Source of the DNA: Chrysomallon squamiferum
Lineage: Eukaryota > Animalia > Mollusca
Direction: 5' to 3'
Assembly (NCBI GenBank): GCA_012295275.1
Contig: CM022672.1
Span: forward strand, 6,076,001 to 6,140,000
Length of the DNA stretch: 64,000 nucleotides
The position numbers were made by a program, and so were the translations under genes. Positions within the stretch are counted from its first letter, which is position 1, and each line of letters begins with the position of its first letter. Under the pieces are notes generated by a model. That model was not told where the DNA came from. It worked only from the letters and a program-made list of their open reading frames with translations, and made no database searches. Shown here in pieces: positions 30,201-43,312 of the stretch.

Positions 30201-31048
30201 CATCGGATCATCAAGTAACGAATACACTGTTAAGTCAGCATTGTTAACATTAACAGTCTCAAAATATTATCCTACTAACTTTTTTTTTTTTTTAATTATT
30301 ATCATTATCAATATATATGTATTTAAAACTTTCATTATGATTTTTTTTTTCTTTTTTTTTTTTGTACGTCCTTTTGTTTCCGCATTTCCTACAGATTCAT
30401 CAGTTTTGAATATTTATTGGAAAAATGTAGGCAAAATAAATGAAATTGTTAAACCGTGACAAAATAATCACGACCAGTCGATTTCGAACAATGACACTTT
30501 CATGCAAGACGTAATTACAGCGGTTTGGTTGACAAAACACACAGTGCCTGGTTTCCGGATGATGATAATAAATTTCACACTCCAGTGTTAAGCATGAATA
30601 TTATTTTCATCCAGCGACCGCTTCTTCAGACGGTCATTAGCATTTAGACAAACATTTATTACCAAACGTTCAACACCAGTTGATGGCGATATTATTGCCA
30701 ATTCAAATCTCTTTCTCTGATTCTCTTTGTGTCTGTCTCTCTCCCTCTAGCTGTTGATATAATCTGTCTGTCTGTCTGTCTGTCTGTCTGTTTAATCTAT
30801 CTACCTCCCTATCTACCCACTTATCTGTCAGTCTGTCTGAATGTCTATCTGTCTGTCTGACTGTCTATCTATGTATCTGTCTGTGTCTGTATCTGTTTAT
30901 CAGTTTCTCTGTTTATTTGTCTGTCAGTCTGTTTGCCTGTCTGCCTGTCTGTTTATCTATCTATTTATATATCTGTCTTTTAATTTATATATCTGTATAT
31001 CTGTCTGTCTGCCTATCTATCTATCTTTCAGTTTATATATACATTGTC

Positions 31049-31108
<60 letters not shown>

Positions 31109-32458
31109 CATCCATCCAACCATCCAACTTGTCTATGCAATCAGCTGGATTAAAATTTCTTTCTTCCTTTATATTTAATCATTAGCACTAATCGTACTGA
31201 GGTTAGTTTTATAAAGAATATAAATATTTGTTTTCAGTTTTGTCACATATCATTTGCTAATAATATTAGTCATTCTTAGAATGAAGACATATTGTTCCAA
31301 ACGTAGATTAAGTAGATTTATTCTTGTTAACACTTGACTACAAGTACACACGTACATTATGCCAGTTTGTCAAATGATCAACTGATTAAATTGTTTTAAA
31401 ATATAATGTCTCTGAAAAAAAAGAAAGAAAAAAAAAACTTAAAGCTGTTTACACTACACTATGTACACTGTGTAACTGTACGCTGATATGGATATTTGAT
31501 GTGATAGAGGATTTGGAAATAAATTATTTTATGATGTATTATATGTTTATAAAATTAATAAATTATGATTCATTTATCAAAGCTCGTCAAAAACATGTAG
31601 CAATTCAGTTAATGCAGTACTCGAAATTATTCCATACTGAATTTTTCTCTCTTTTTTTTCGGTTTATTTAGTTCTTTATTAAGTATTTAGCTGTGTTCAT
31701 TTCACTTCCTAATCCTAACAAAATGAATAAAGGTCGTTAAAACATGTAACAATAAAAGCCAACACAAAACAACAACAGGAAAACAGAAAATCTGAGATCG
31801 ACTTTTTTTTTTCTTTTTTTTTTTTTAACATTCGTATCACATGTATTCTGATGTAACATCCAGCGTTTCATTTTCTCCACTACAAGTGTGCATGAATAAG
31901 TATGGAGTATCAATAATTCATGGGAGAGTGGGCCTATCAATGCGATATTTAGATGCAATTTTGTAAAATTCCTCCTCTCGCTTTTCAATGCATGAGATAG
32001 TTAATGCATCGACAATCATGTTTAGACATCTTTTGGCCGAGATTGGCAGCCTGGGACTCGGAGTTAAATGAAGAGTGAAGTGGGACTGTTTGTATTCTCA
32101 ACACCAGATCACCGGCTCGAACTGCAGATAGAGATCGGCTTCATTAAAAGTAATGACCGGGAATTAGAACGTGATGCGAGGTCGCTCAAGCGAAACCGTG
32201 TTTAGCACATTATTTGCTCGTCTTTGGAGATATTTTCCGCCAAATCGCGTCGCTGTTTTTCGCACCGACACTGAAAGGTTACCGACATGGCAGAAGTAAA
32301 AGACCTTTCGATTCTAAAATAAAAAATAAAAATAATAAATATTTATAATAATAATATATTATAGTTTATGTTTATTATTTAATTTTTTTCCTATAGCCAA
32401 CATTTGATAATCTTCATGACGTACCATAATCATCCTATATTTTTTTAAATCTATATTT

Positions 32459-32493
<35 letters not shown>

Positions 32494-33304
32494 GTGTTTT
32501 CCATGATCATTATGCATGATTTACGTCCAAAACATCATCTTAGCAAAACAATATTTAACCATCCATTTAACTGAAAACGAAATACCTAGCTTATATATTA
32601 TATATTTAATCGTTTTATTTTATGATTATTAATCTTTCTAGTACAGTAAATTAATATATCACAGTATTTTTTTTTTTTTTATTTTATGTGTTTTGTACGT
32701 GTTCAAAAGCCCGCAAAGCCTGTTGTAGTCTGTCATCTATGATCAGATGAACGTTTCTAATTGTTTTAGTTACTTTTTAATAAATGAAAGTATGCTATTA
32801 TAAGGAAAATTAATTATTGATTTTTATGTACGTTTTAATGGTTGCTATATTAATTTCGTGAAGTATTTATGTTTTGTTTGCTAGATAAAGTTAAATAGGC
32901 AAGAGTTATTTATTTATTTTTATATTATTACTCATTTTTTTCTTTCCAATGTTTGATGCAAGATAAAATTCTCTCTATACTAAAATACTCTTTATCTTTT
33001 TATTTTAATAAACCACTGGATTTTGAGATGCTTTTATTAAGATAAAAATATGTATATATACTAATATATAAAATAAAAAATATAGATATATGAACGACAA
33101 TCGTGTGTGTGTATGTGTAGACGTGTGTATGTTTGTGCGTGTGTGTGCTTGCAGGCCGGTTATAGTAAACCATATATAAAAATATTTATATCATCAACAA
33201 AATGTTTATTTCGATTAAAGACTGTTTATCTGCTTTCATTAATGGGTGTTTCCTAGCTGTAAAAGACAAAATGTTTATTGTTCTTTGTGTTCTGTGTATT
33301 TCAG

Positions 33305-33563
33305 AACTAAGTGGAAGAGGCAGACGGCGGTGGGACTGGAACTGCTGGCAGAGGCTGGGAACTACGCGGCAGTGCAGAGAATGCTGCAGACAAATCCTTA
33401 CTGGTCCGCCTACCACCCGCACACGTCTGGACTTCTCTCCAACATTGACGCCCTCTACTATCGCCATGGCAGCGGGCCACTTCCGGTTAACCGGCCGATC
33501 ATTCCGCGCATGCTCCTTCACGGACTGCAGCAACACGTATCTCACCTTCCGGCGCCTCACTGA
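33305..33563 (+). CDS. Barhl: BarH-like homeobox gene, coding exon 3 (end of helix 3 and C-terminus)
   Basis: Acceptor tgtgtatttcAG ends at 33304, and AG|A completes Arg53. Then [20 protein letters not shown] (Barhl-family signature after the homeodomain) and [12 protein letters not shown]; stop TGA at 33561-33563. Exon lengths 403+226+259 = 888 nt, a multiple of 3. Confidence 0.96.
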
Positions 33564-34379
33564 TAAAGAGCGATTTAAAATATCCCGACTAAATACATTC
33601 ACTGAACGGTCTCATTTCTCAAGGTGTGATATTTTAAAGTGCTGCTGTTTATGACAAATTCGTAATTTTGTTTGTTTTTTTTTTTTTTTTTTTTTTTATT
33701 CCTCGATGAAGACTAGACTGTGAGAGATTGAAAACTAATGACTAGTCACCATTGATACTTTTTTCGTTCTTCAGTATCCATTGACTGTTTCTTCAATTAT
33801 TTAATATAAAAAAAAAAAAAAAAAAAAAGTAAAAAGATGACGTATCTCCCTATCGGTAGATATTGTGTGTATCAGATCATGTGCACGGAAAGACCTTCTT
33901 GAACCTTTTTGTGTATGAAAAATGCATGTCAGAGATTACTCCGAGACCTCTGCGAGTTTAAATGGATTGAATAATAATAATAATAATCATGCACGGCAAT
34001 CTTTATCATGTTAATTCGGTGCGCGAAATTAGCTTTATGACCCGGAGCTTCGAGAACCGTGGCTGGACTGCCAGGAGAAGAACATTCACAGCTGAACGTC
34101 GTGATCCGCTAATACGACTCGAGATAAATCTTGTATCGTCTTCCCTAACAGTTTCCAAAAAATGTGACACACCGGAGAGTTTTGTGTTTGATGGGCTGAA
34201 ATGAAATGAAAGCGTTTACCACATAAAAACAAGACTGTATGTGCAAAGCATTATTTAAAATAATTTAATAATAATAACAATGCACGTACAAAATGTAGAC
34301 AATATTTTATAAAATGTACCAGATATTAGGTTTTATAAATTCAACACGATACGTCCAAGGTATATATATATATATATAA

Positions 34380-34565
34380 AGTATTATAAAAACATCACAA
34401 TATATACAAAGTATTGTAAAAAGCAAACACAAGCAGTATAAGGCAGAGATACAAGCCATTACAAAAACAACACTGTGTGTACAATGTATTGTAAAAAGCA
34501 AACACAAGCAGTATACGGCAGAGAGATACAAGGCATTATAAAAGAAAGACTGTATATAACAAGGC
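34380..34565. repeat. 75-bp tandem duplication built from ~30- and ~45-bp related subunits (putative 3' UTR)
   Basis: GTATTGTAAAAAGCAAACACAAGCAGTATA at 34411 and 34486, plus related degenerate subunits on either side. Confidence 0.8.
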
Positions 34566-34882
34566 AGTTCACAAATGTCTTCATCTAATATTTAACAGCT
34601 CGAGACCCTGCTCAAGGTAAACGGACTTTCCCTCTGATCAGGAACTGTACTGTTCGCTGAAGCGTCCACGAGGCACGCTGATCAATTTCTGTAAATTATA
34701 AATGTACTTAGCGTTGTTCAGTCAGCTCGTTTAGAGCTGTCAGGCGAAGATCGAAGGGTCTGTGGCGTCTCATGGACACTTTTGTCCTGTAGACGCGCGT
34801 ATCTCATCAAACAGTATGTGACTGTTTCAGTGAGACTTTAAAAAGATGACATACTCGATGATAACTGAAATTGTTATATTCA

Positions 34883-34972
34883 TTTTATGCAAAAGTGTAT
34901 TATTATTTTTATTATTATTATTATTAATTTTATGCAAAAGTGTATTATTATTTTTATTATTATTATTATTAA
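34883..34972. repeat. 45-bp tandem duplication
   Basis: TTTTATGCAAAAGTGTATTATTATTTTTATT at 34883 and 34928. Confidence 0.85.
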
Positions 34973-35091
34973 TTTTATTATTATTAATTTTATTATTATT
35001 AATATTATTATTATTATTATTATTGTTATTATTATTATTATGATCATTATGATTATTATTATGATTATTATTATTTTATTATTATTATTAC

Positions 35092-35158
<67 letters not shown>

Positions 35159-35519
35159 TTAGTAAGTCGGGTAATCATTTATAAGGGGCGCAATAATTTG
35201 AAGGTTCTAACTTTCAAGATGAAAAAATTTCATTATATAATTTTTTTTTATTTTAAATAATAAAAATTGGTAAAAAAAACCAAAAAAAACAAGTATTCAG
35301 TATGATCCAAATGATCGATAACAGTATTAATATTTTTTAATTTATATATTTTTTATTTTATTTTTTATTTTTAGCACAAGCTTCAGGTTAAGTTAATTTC
35401 AATTAATAGTTCACATCAATGACAATTCTCCGATTATTATTATTATTATTATTTTTCATATACTGTAATAAATTTATATATATCTCTGTAAATCGCTAAA
35501 TGGCAATTTCAGAAGATTC

Positions 35520-35600
35520 AGTATGTATAATAAATATGTGTTCGTTGTATTAAAATACTGCACAAAATGATTTATTTGTTTTTGTTTGTTTGTTTGCAAT
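35520..35600 (+). terminator. Candidate polyadenylation signal (implies ~2-kb 3' UTR)
   Basis: TGTA 35524, AATAAA 35529-35534, ATTAAA 35549-35554 and a downstream GT-rich tract at 35575-35596. AATAAA is common in this AT-rich DNA, so this is tentative. Confidence 0.33.
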
Positions 35601-35732
35601 TAGATCACGATGACTTTTGCAGTATCCATTTTCGAAACAGTTCTTTTTTATTAATTTTATCATTATGATTATTTATTTATTTATTTATTTATTATTATTA
35701 TTTATTTTATTATTATTTATTTATTTTATTTT

Positions 35733-35763
<31 letters not shown>

Positions 35764-36763
35764 TTTGGTTTTTTATATCTATATCTATATCTATATCTGT
35801 ATATTTTTTTTCTAATGACAATTCTTAGTAATTTGGATATTATAAATCCAGTTTCAGTATTTTTAAACTATTGTGATATATTAATTTTAAAAATAATATT
35901 TATGAGCTTAGGAAATAATTAGTATAAATTAATAATATGGGCATACAATATTAAAGATATTTTATGATGTGTTTTATTTCTTTTTTTTCCTTTCATCATT
36001 TGTTTATGTTTTTTTTCCTTTATTCGTTTAATTATTATTTGTTTTATTTTTAATTTTTATTTATGTTCGTTCATTGTTTTATTATATATTGTTTTACATC
36101 GTATGTTCAGTTATATTTTTCAAAACACACACAAAAAAAAAAATACAAACACATATATACAAAATATAATAATAATTATAACATTAAAATAAAATAAAAT
36201 AAACAAGAACCAAACAACATTAAAATTATGGTCCATAATTTAGACAAAAATCGCATGTAATTACAACTAAAACTAAATTTTAACCTTTCACAAAAAAAAA
36301 AAAAAAAAAAACCGACATTCAAATACGATCAAATATATACAACGACGTTTGCCTTACGTTCGTGAAATTATGTTAGATCTGCGATTCAAGCAGTTTTTGA
36401 TAAACCTCTGGATTAAAGTGTTAACAGATTTAGACAATAGGTAACGAAATAGCTATACGTTTTCTCAATTACTTTCAAACAAAAGCAGTTAGCGGGACTC
36501 GAGTCCTCGTTGTTGTCAAACCTGTGTTCGGTCAAATCTCTGAGTGTTCACTTCCCTTGTATTGCCTCCAGGACCACAACTGCTCACATTCAGTTGACCA
36601 AGCCTTCTCTCCACAACTTGTTTTATCAGGTGCTTCGAAGAAAAGCTACCTTTTCTTTTTTCTTTCAGTGTTATACTTGAACTCGTAATGTAATGAAAAC
36701 GAAAAGCTCCTCCTTACAGCTGTTGATTACAAGATTATAAAACGATTTAACAAAATCTAAGGC

Positions 36764-37155
36764 TGTATTTCACAAGACGTAAAAGATATGTACTCCGTTA
36801 CAATATACTGAATTTTTGCAAAATATTGTAGTTACGTATTCCGTTACAATGTATTGAATTTTTACAAGACATTGTAGTTATGTACTCCGTTACAATATAC
36901 TGAATTTTTACAAAATATTGTAGTTACGTATTCCGTTACAATGTACTGAATTTTTACAAGACATTGTAGTTATGTGCTCCGTTACAATATACTGAATTTT
37001 TACAAAATATACTGAAATTTTACAAAATATTGTAGTTACCTATTCCGTTACAATGTACTGAATTTTTACAAGACATTGTAGTTCCGTACTCCGTTACAAT
37101 ATACTGAATTTTTACATGATATAATAGTTAAGAAATCCGTCATAACATGTTGAAA
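36764..37155. repeat. 46-bp minisatellite with A/B alternation (92-bp higher-order repeat), ~8 units
   Basis: CCGTTACAAT at 36795, 36841, 36887, 36933, 36979, 37045 (after a 20-bp internal duplication) and 37091, with a degenerate copy at 37137. Confidence 0.95.
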
Positions 37156-37464
37156 ATATCGGCATGTCTTCTTCTCTGAAACTGAGAATTGTAAAAGAGA
37201 TTTTTTCCATGTTGTTTATTATGTTTTGAAAACTCCTGCCTAGAAAGGCTTAATAAATATGTTTTGTACATAAAAGAGTATAGTAATATTTTAATAAATC
37301 ACAAAATATGAAGTCATCAAATGTACTAACCATTCTTAAATTAAAAATAAATTAAATTGCACGAACATATTTTCGTAAGTTGTTTGAAATGTATATGAAG
37401 CAAAACGAGTGACAAAATATTTCTTATATAACATATATCTATATCTAAATGAAGTAGAAAAACC

Positions 37465-37740
37465 AAAAATGTTTATTTAACGACAAAAATAAAATGTTTT
37501 AACATATTCTTGTACAACATCACACAATTATATTATAAAAAAATACAGATAACGCGACAATAAACGAACTGTCGCTGTTACGGGTTACTTTTGATTTTTC
37601 AAGGGATCTTTTGTAGACACCTCTAGTCAGGGAATTTAAGTAATCCTGGAGCACTTGCTGGAACGAGAAACAGCGCCATGGGAGCACGAAGAAGGATCGA
37701 TCCTGTATTCACTAAAACGTAAGGAGCTGAGATGCAGTCA
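37465..37740 (-). mobile_element. Decayed tRNA-derived SINE-like copy
   Basis: GGATCGATCC at 37694-37703, then GCTGTTTCTCGTTCCAGCAAGTG on the minus strand 29 nt downstream. It resembles the 11065-11180 copy and, from memory, a gastropod SINE (not verified). Confidence 0.45.
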
Positions 37741-38469
37741 CATTTGTGTTTGCTAGTGACACAACTTTCTTCTCAGAAAAAAACTTGAAATATCTTCTAT
37801 TCATTTACGCAAAATCATTTATATAAAATCTGACATATGGAGAATTATTTCCTAAACATATCTGTATAAAATCTAAAGTGATTGTTAACGAATAATGTCA
37901 AAAACAATCGTTTATGTCATTAGTTTCTTCTTCGTTTTTAGACTAATGTGAAATATGTGAGCGGAATAATTAAAACGTAAACAGGAAGATTTTAAAAAGT
38001 AGTTAAAAACCTCTCATTAATGGTAGTGATCATATTATTTATGCTTAATACGTTATATTTTAAAAGTTTCTTAATATAAATATATATATTTTACAACAAT
38101 ACTTTCGTTTCTACAGTTAAAAATTTGTCGCTGTGTTTCTATCTGTGACAAACTCATCTAGAAATCATCGAATTAAATTATTTATTGACATCTATCCCAA
38201 ATAGCCTTAAACAGACTGAAAAAAAACCGTAAAACATTAGCAATGAAAGAAAGAATTAATAAAAAAAAAAAATGAAAGAAAAAGAAAAAAGAAAAGAAGA
38301 AAGGTAAACCAAACAATGAAAAAAAGAATGAAAGACAGAAGAAAGGAATAAAAAAATGAAGATGTATTGAAAGAAAGAACGAATTTTTTTTTTATTGTTC
38401 TTGTTGTTGTTGTTGTTTCTGTCTTTGATATTTATTTTTATTTTATCATTTTAGTTGGTTTATGTATTA

Positions 38470-38722
38470 GATTATATTATACAGTATTATATCATATTAT
38501 ATTATATTATATTATATTATATTATATTATATTATATTATATTATATTATATTATATTATATTATATTATATTATATTATTATATTATATTATATTATTT
38601 TATATTATATTATATTATATTATATTATATTATATTATATTATATTATATTATATTATATTATATTATATTATATTATATTATATTATATTATATAACAT
38701 AGTATCATATTATATCATATTG
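38470..38722. repeat. (ATATT)n pentanucleotide microsatellite
   Basis: Directly visible. Related tracts lie at 20155-20285 (reverse orientation) and 54038-54165. Confidence 0.96.
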
Positions 38723-40307
38723 TACTATTCAGTTTATTAACTTTGGTAATATGAATATCTTGTTTATTATAAACGTACATAATTCCTTATAGCTGTTTCA
38801 TCGCTATTCTTAAACACTTCTATTTCATTTAACTGCAATCGAAGAATTATGACTCTGAACTTTTACAAGACCGACCACACCGACCCACACAAACCCAGAA
38901 AGTTTTATTTCTACAGGCCGAGACATCTACGACGTGGACGACAGTCGCCACGGAGGGCGCTGGTGACCGGAGAGAAGAGAAAACACAGAGCTACGACGGC
39001 AACAGACAAGACGCGACGCCGGATGAAAGATGATCGGGATTGGCGAACAAAGCCCGTGAGATGAATATTGCAGTAAAAATCTATTACAGAAACTTTTGGA
39101 TTACTCGCAAGCCTCGGAGAAGTCACGTAGCGAAGACCTTACACTAACACGCCGTGAAAGGGGGAATCAGCCCAAGTTGGCAAAGAAGAATGAGCTCTCG
39201 GGTGTTAAAATCAGATTTAGGCAATCGTCGGCGTTCTTAAATCTAAATGCTAATTCAATTGCCTAAACGCTCGTGTCTTCTTGCCAGAAAGCGCTCTCTT
39301 TGTTTCTCCTTTGTCATTGTGCTCAATGGATTTTTTTCCCCCTCTCTCTGTTTAAACAGGATTGATTACTTAATTGACATTGGATTTATTGGGCGAATTA
39401 TGAACCCTTTTAGGGCATTCAGAGGTGGGGAATTGACGAAGCCGGCCTCTTCTAGATCTTCGGTAAATTCGATTTCCCCAAGAAAAAAAAAAAGATCATG
39501 TTAGAACTTCATTGTGTTTGGCTGAATGACAAACTCGTGTGTTGATTGGATAATTTACTCAATTTGCTTCAGAAAACGCGCCTGAGAAGAAACCGGAAAA
39601 ACTAATATCCATCTGAATACGAGACTAACGATTACCCTTGTTGCTTTGATTATTGCATTCGGCGGGGACTCGGCTCGGCCGCGCTAGAACCCGCCGCAGT
39701 GTAATGGCCACGGTTATTGCAGAAATTGCTTCTCAATCGAATTGCCTCTTTCTCTTTAGTTGATCTCGTTATGAAGTAATTGAAAGGATATAGGCGTGTT
39801 TGTAACTAATGCGTATTTATACAGAGGAACGTGGCGCTGAATTAATGAGGGCCGCAAGAAATATTGCACAAAACAAATCTTTTTGTGATTTCTGTCTCAC
39901 TATCAGTGTCATTACTCCTGCTGGATGTCAGCAAACTCTCGAGAGTCGGGATTATCTGTCCATCTGCATTACAGACATGAGATCTTTAATTTAAATCAAT
40001 GTGGGGTTTTTTCTTCACTTCGTTGACATAGGTGCACCATTAAAGCCAGTGGGAATGCCAGTGTAGCAATTGAAACAGACGACTTACTTTCGTCTCAAGA
40101 CACGGCCATTTGCATTTTTCTGTTTGTTATGTTAAACCAAACATTAAACAAACGTAACAGATGAGAATGGATCAAAATGTTTATTGTTGTTGTCAAAACG
40201 ACAATACATTTGGATGCCGGCTGAAATGAAATAATGATAATAATAACAGAAATGATGATGATGATAATGATGCACGTGTTATTGTTATTGTTGTTGTTGT
40301 TATTATA

Positions 40308-40348
<41 letters not shown>

Positions 40349-40352
40349 CATT

Positions 40353-40415
<63 letters not shown>

Positions 40416-41696
40416 TTCTTATTAATTTTCTAAAGCGTTTATATATTTGTATTATTAATTAAACTTAAAATATTCTTGTAATAAAACAGAATTAAAATAA
40501 TTATGATGTTGTCTTGACGGATATATTTTTTAAAATTTACTGTAAAATATTATTTAAATAAATTTAATAAAATAATCTTTCTTATTTATCTGGGCTTACG
40601 AGATCGTTGTAAAAAGAAATTTCTAATGGTGAAGGAAAATTGAAAACGGAACAGAAAAATCAGTTAAAAGAAAATCTAATTTAAAAATCGTTAAATCGCT
40701 GAAAAAAAACAAATTCAAACAATAAAAGACAAACAATAATAATAACAACAACAAAACAACAACTAAAACAACAACTACAACAACAATAACAGTAATAATA
40801 ATAATAACAATAATAATAATATAACAAGAGGTAAATTATGAGTATCATAATAATTATAATAAATAACTAAATAAATTTCAGCAAATATTGTCAAATCAGT
40901 TTATGAAATTTATAAACAAAGAAAAAGAAAAAAACAAAACAAACAACTTGGTTATTTTCTTAAAAAGAAGAAAAAAACCCAAAAACAGCAACTCTCTTTA
41001 TTCTAAAGCTACAAACACGTATAATCTGAAGATTCGCTTCGCCACGTCCACTTCGCTTCATGAAAATAACTTAATTTATTTGATTTGGATAACAAATCTC
41101 ACAATTTAGTTGTGTTACCGTCCTTAATCGAAATAATGGTAAAAACCAGTGTCATCTAAATTAGAATTTAATAGGGAAAACGAGGCGAGCACCACGGGAA
41201 ATGCTTCTCAAATTGGCAAACCTGATCAAGCGAATTGACCTAGACTCTCGTTTGGACGAGCTCGCTCACTCTGTCGCACTCGATTTAAAGTGAGACTTCG
41301 CCAGCGCGGCTTTCTTCTCGCAGAACTGGTGTCTGGGGGCGGAACACGTTTGAAGAATAACGCGAAAGAAAGAGATGAAATGGAAAACTGTTGAGTGTCT
41401 GCGGAGAATTGAGCGTCCCAGATCAATTCTCGCCTCTGCTTGCCTTTAAAATAGCAGCCAAAAACACTGAAAGGAATAATAATAAAAGCATAAAAATGGA
41501 AAAAAGAAAAAAAAAGAAGAAGAAGAAGAAGAAGAAGAAGAAGAAGACGAAAAAAGAAGAAAAAGATGGTCGTTCTGTTGGAGAACTGACTAATGAACGA
41601 AGGATTATTACGATCATGAAAGTGAAGTATGTTTATTTAACCAGTTCTGTCATGGAAATTTACCAGTATTAACCCGTTATCAAATTAATAATAATA

Positions 41697-41732
<36 letters not shown>

Positions 41733-42270
41733 CAACAACTACTACTACTACTACTACTACTACTACGACGATAGTTACAATAACAGTAATAACACAAACA
41801 AATGCTGAATGCTAACTATTCGCGCAGAGAGAGTTACCCTCGACAACAACAGCCTCAGTTAATAATAACGGTAGAAATAGTAGTAAATGTAGTAGTGGTA
41901 GTAGTAACAGCAGTACTAGTACTAGCAGGCCGAGGAGGGGCAACTGTAGTACTAGTTATATTAGCATGATAGCTTACAAGCAGTACTACAACTTTTACTA
42001 AAAGTGATGTTTTGGTAAAGATTGTAGCAGCAGACCTTTTTAATTAAAAAGATTATTAAAACAAAATATTAAAATATTCAACCATTGACTGTTACACATT
42101 AGTACATATATATCTATATATATATATGTACTAATGTGTAACAGTCAATGGTTGAATATTTTAATATATATATACATATGTTGTATATGCATACGTATAT
42201 TAAGCAGACATTCAGACATCATTTCATCCATCCATCTCTCCTGCCTATACATTTATCCACTCTTCCATAC

Positions 42271-42301
<31 letters not shown>

Positions 42302-42403
42302 TACATACAGACACACAATGATTTTATTTGCACAGTATAATTTTATATATATATAGTATAATTTTTATATATATATATATATACTCTCCTCTCCTCTCTC
42401 TCC

Positions 42404-42532
<129 letters not shown>

Positions 42533-43281
42533 TCTCTCTCTCTCTCTCTCTTACTCTCTCGATAGTTTATTTGAAAATAATATCTGTTTTACTCAAGCCG
42601 AGCTGAACACTCTTGTAAATACATTGCCTTATTAATAAATGACTAGTCACGATTTCACTGGAAACAGAAATAGCGCCGAGGTCTAAATAGCAATGCCGTT
42701 CTCATTTAAAAATCAATGTCGACTCATTCAATTGTTGGGATTAATTTCTCTCGCACACAATAAACTTACAAAAATCTCTAATACACATTTTATGAATTTT
42801 ATGCACATACCGATGAGACAATAAACCGTAAACAATTGAACAAATATTATCCAATATTTAGCCCACTCTGGCCTCAATTGTCGCCGAATTAGACTTTTCC
42901 ATTTTCCTCGCTTTTCCTAATAGCTCGAGTATTTTACAACGGAAGAAATTAGCGTGCGACAAAATTACAAAATATAGTTAATAAAAGGCGCGCTGATGGA
43001 GAATTTCCGCTCACATTAAGCTTGGAGAACGAATATAGAACGCCGGCATATTGCTGCATAACGACTTCAACTTGCCAACAAATACTGCGATTTTCTTTCG
43101 TGTTTTTTTTTTTAAATTTTTTTTTTTTTTTTTTTTTTTTTTTAGTCAAATAATATTCAAGTGTTTATTTTTTATTTTTTTTTTTTATGGATGAACGCGT
43201 AAGAAGCCAATTCAAAAGTTTTTTTTTAAATATAAAAACAATATTATAAGGCTTTTATTTATTTATTTTATTATAAGGTTT

Positions 43282-43312
<31 letters not shown>

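Noticed and set aside
33186-33654. Overlapping 150-aa (+) and 138-aa (-) ORFs
   Set aside because: Shadow frames of the GC-rich Barhl exon 3; only the TKWKRQ frame has family similarity.
33808-33828. Poly-A run after the stop codon as evidence of a retrocopy or the transcript end
   Set aside because: The gene has introns and similar genomic A/T runs occur throughout the window; at most an internal-priming artefact site.
34110-34123. TAATACGACTC followed by an XhoI site, resembling the start of a T7 promoter
   Set aside because: Only 11 nt match, CACTATAG is missing and there is no vector context; chance match.
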